Below are positions 17,380 to 18,323 of a stretch of DNA of 18,323 nucleotides, piece by piece. The stretch is from Candidatus Heimdallarchaeota archaeon (GTDB taxonomy: Archaea > Asgardarchaeota > Heimdallarchaeia > Heimdallarchaeales > Heimdallarchaeaceae): the NCBI GenBank assembly GCA_016839945.1, contig JAEOTE010000023.1, positions 1-18,323 on the forward strand, given 5' to 3'. Under the pieces are notes generated by a model, which made no database searches, was not told the DNA's origin, and worked only from the letters and a program-made list of their open reading frames with translations. Numbering within the stretch: position 1 is the first letter of the stretch; every line of letters begins with the position of its first letter. The position numbers and the translations under genes were made by a program.

Positions 17380-18323
17380 TTAGTTTCTTTTCTTAATTAT
17401 AGGTACGATTGCAATACATGACACAAGCATAATAAATAGGAAAACGGGGAAAAGAGAATATTCAGAAACTAAAATCAAAGGATAGGGATCATAAGAACCA
17501 GCTGGACCGTCGATAGAATAAGGATTTTCTATAGGATAACCTCCGGAAGCAGTCCACCAGTTTCCTTCATTAGTTGAAGTATCATACCAAATGTTGTTTG
17601 TTCCAGCATCATATGCCTGAGAAGTAGATCCTCCATTGTTAAGGAAAATATTGTGATGAACTACATTATTTTTTGTATAGGATAGAAGTTTAATTCCATA
17701 AGATATACTGTCTGTAACTGAGTTATATTGCACAACAACGTTTGATGTTTCAAAGCTTGTAAGATCACCTAATGAAATTCCATAATAATTGTAAGTAAGA
17801 ACATTATCAGTAATTGTTACTTCTTGCGATTCTATTACTATTCCTGCCCTGTTATATGTGAATGTGTTTCGTAAAATATCTATATTGAAAGAACTATAGA
17901 GACCTAAACCTTGCCCAGTGTTTTGACATATATTATCTTCAATTGTTGTATTATTTGAGTATCTAAGATATATTGATGATCCTAGATATTTTTGACCAAA
18001 TAGTTGATAAAAATCGTTATTGCAATTATTATTAGATATTATTGTATTAGGTGAATCATATACTAATATAACATAATAATTGTTCATTTGTACAGTATTT
18101 TCTACTATACAGCTATTACTAAAAAATAGATGAACTCCATAATTTATTGTTGGAATTGGTTGAGAATTGCTTATTGTAGTCCCAGAGCATTTCACCAATA
18201 TAATCTGCCCATATAATGAAGCATCAATCATCGAATCTTTATCATTATAGATTATTGTTATAGGTAAACTATTTACTGTATTATCTGAGAAAGTTAGATC
18301 AAAATATTCATCTACTGAATGAA
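17380..18323 (-). CDS. NosD-like right-handed parallel beta-helix surface protein with a C-terminal TM anchor (5' end outside the window)
   Basis: The frame stays open upstream of the ORF-track Met to the window edge (HSVDEYFDLTFSDNTVNSLPITIIYNDKDS-MIDASLYGQIILVKCS). PbH repeats (GI.L..S.N..I..N), QAYDAGTNNIWY..GNWW and YSIDG..DPYPL, then VSEY + TM + KKRN. Confidence 0.88.
   Translation of the reverse strand, partial: HSVDEYFDLTFSDNTVNSLPITIIYNDKDSMIDASLYGQIILVKCSGTTISNSQPIPTINYGVHLFFSNSCIVENTVQMNNYYVILVYDSPNTIISNNNCNNDFYQLFGQKYLGSSIYLRYSNNTTIEDNICQNTGQGLGLYSSFNIDILRNTFTYNRAGIVIESQEVTITDNVLTYNYYGISLGDLTSFETSNVVVQYNSVTDSISYGIKLLSYTKNNVVHHNIFLNNGGSTSQAYDAGTNNIWYDTSTNEGNWWTASGGYPIENPYSIDGPAGSYDPYPLILVSEYSLFPVFLFIMLVSCIAIVPIIKKRN

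Overview
AT-rich prokaryotic window with no rRNA, tRNA, CRISPR array or transposase that I can see. It is most likely archaeal. Supporting signs are AGGTGA-type ribosome-binding sites, TATA boxes about 22-25 nt before apparently leaderless ATGs, oligo-T terminators, PGF-CTERM-like surface anchors, 24-aa 'IDLSPL' leucine-rich repeats and a kynureninase. Together these suggest an Asgard (Heimdallarchaeia-like) genome, which is an inference only. Gene order: partial CDS (-), CPBP/Abi protease (-), SagB/ThcOx-family dehydrogenase (-), surface-anchored aryl-sulfate sulfotransferase (+), phosphoribosyltransferase (-), FLVCR/SLC49-like MFS transporter (-), pirin (-), SAM methyltransferase (+), start-less LRR frame in-frame after the methyltransferase TAG (+), SRPBCC protein (+), double-length 1917-aa UvrA (+), kynureninase (+), ABC ATPase and ABC-2 permease (+), partial NosD-like beta-helix surface protein (-). 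The best leads are the fused UvrA-UvrA, whose two halves are degenerate in different catalytic motifs, the methyltransferase-TAG-LRR continuous frame, the FLVCR-like transporter and the tightly coupled SagB-CPBP pair. I found no single complete novel multi-gene system that the sequence alone can prove.
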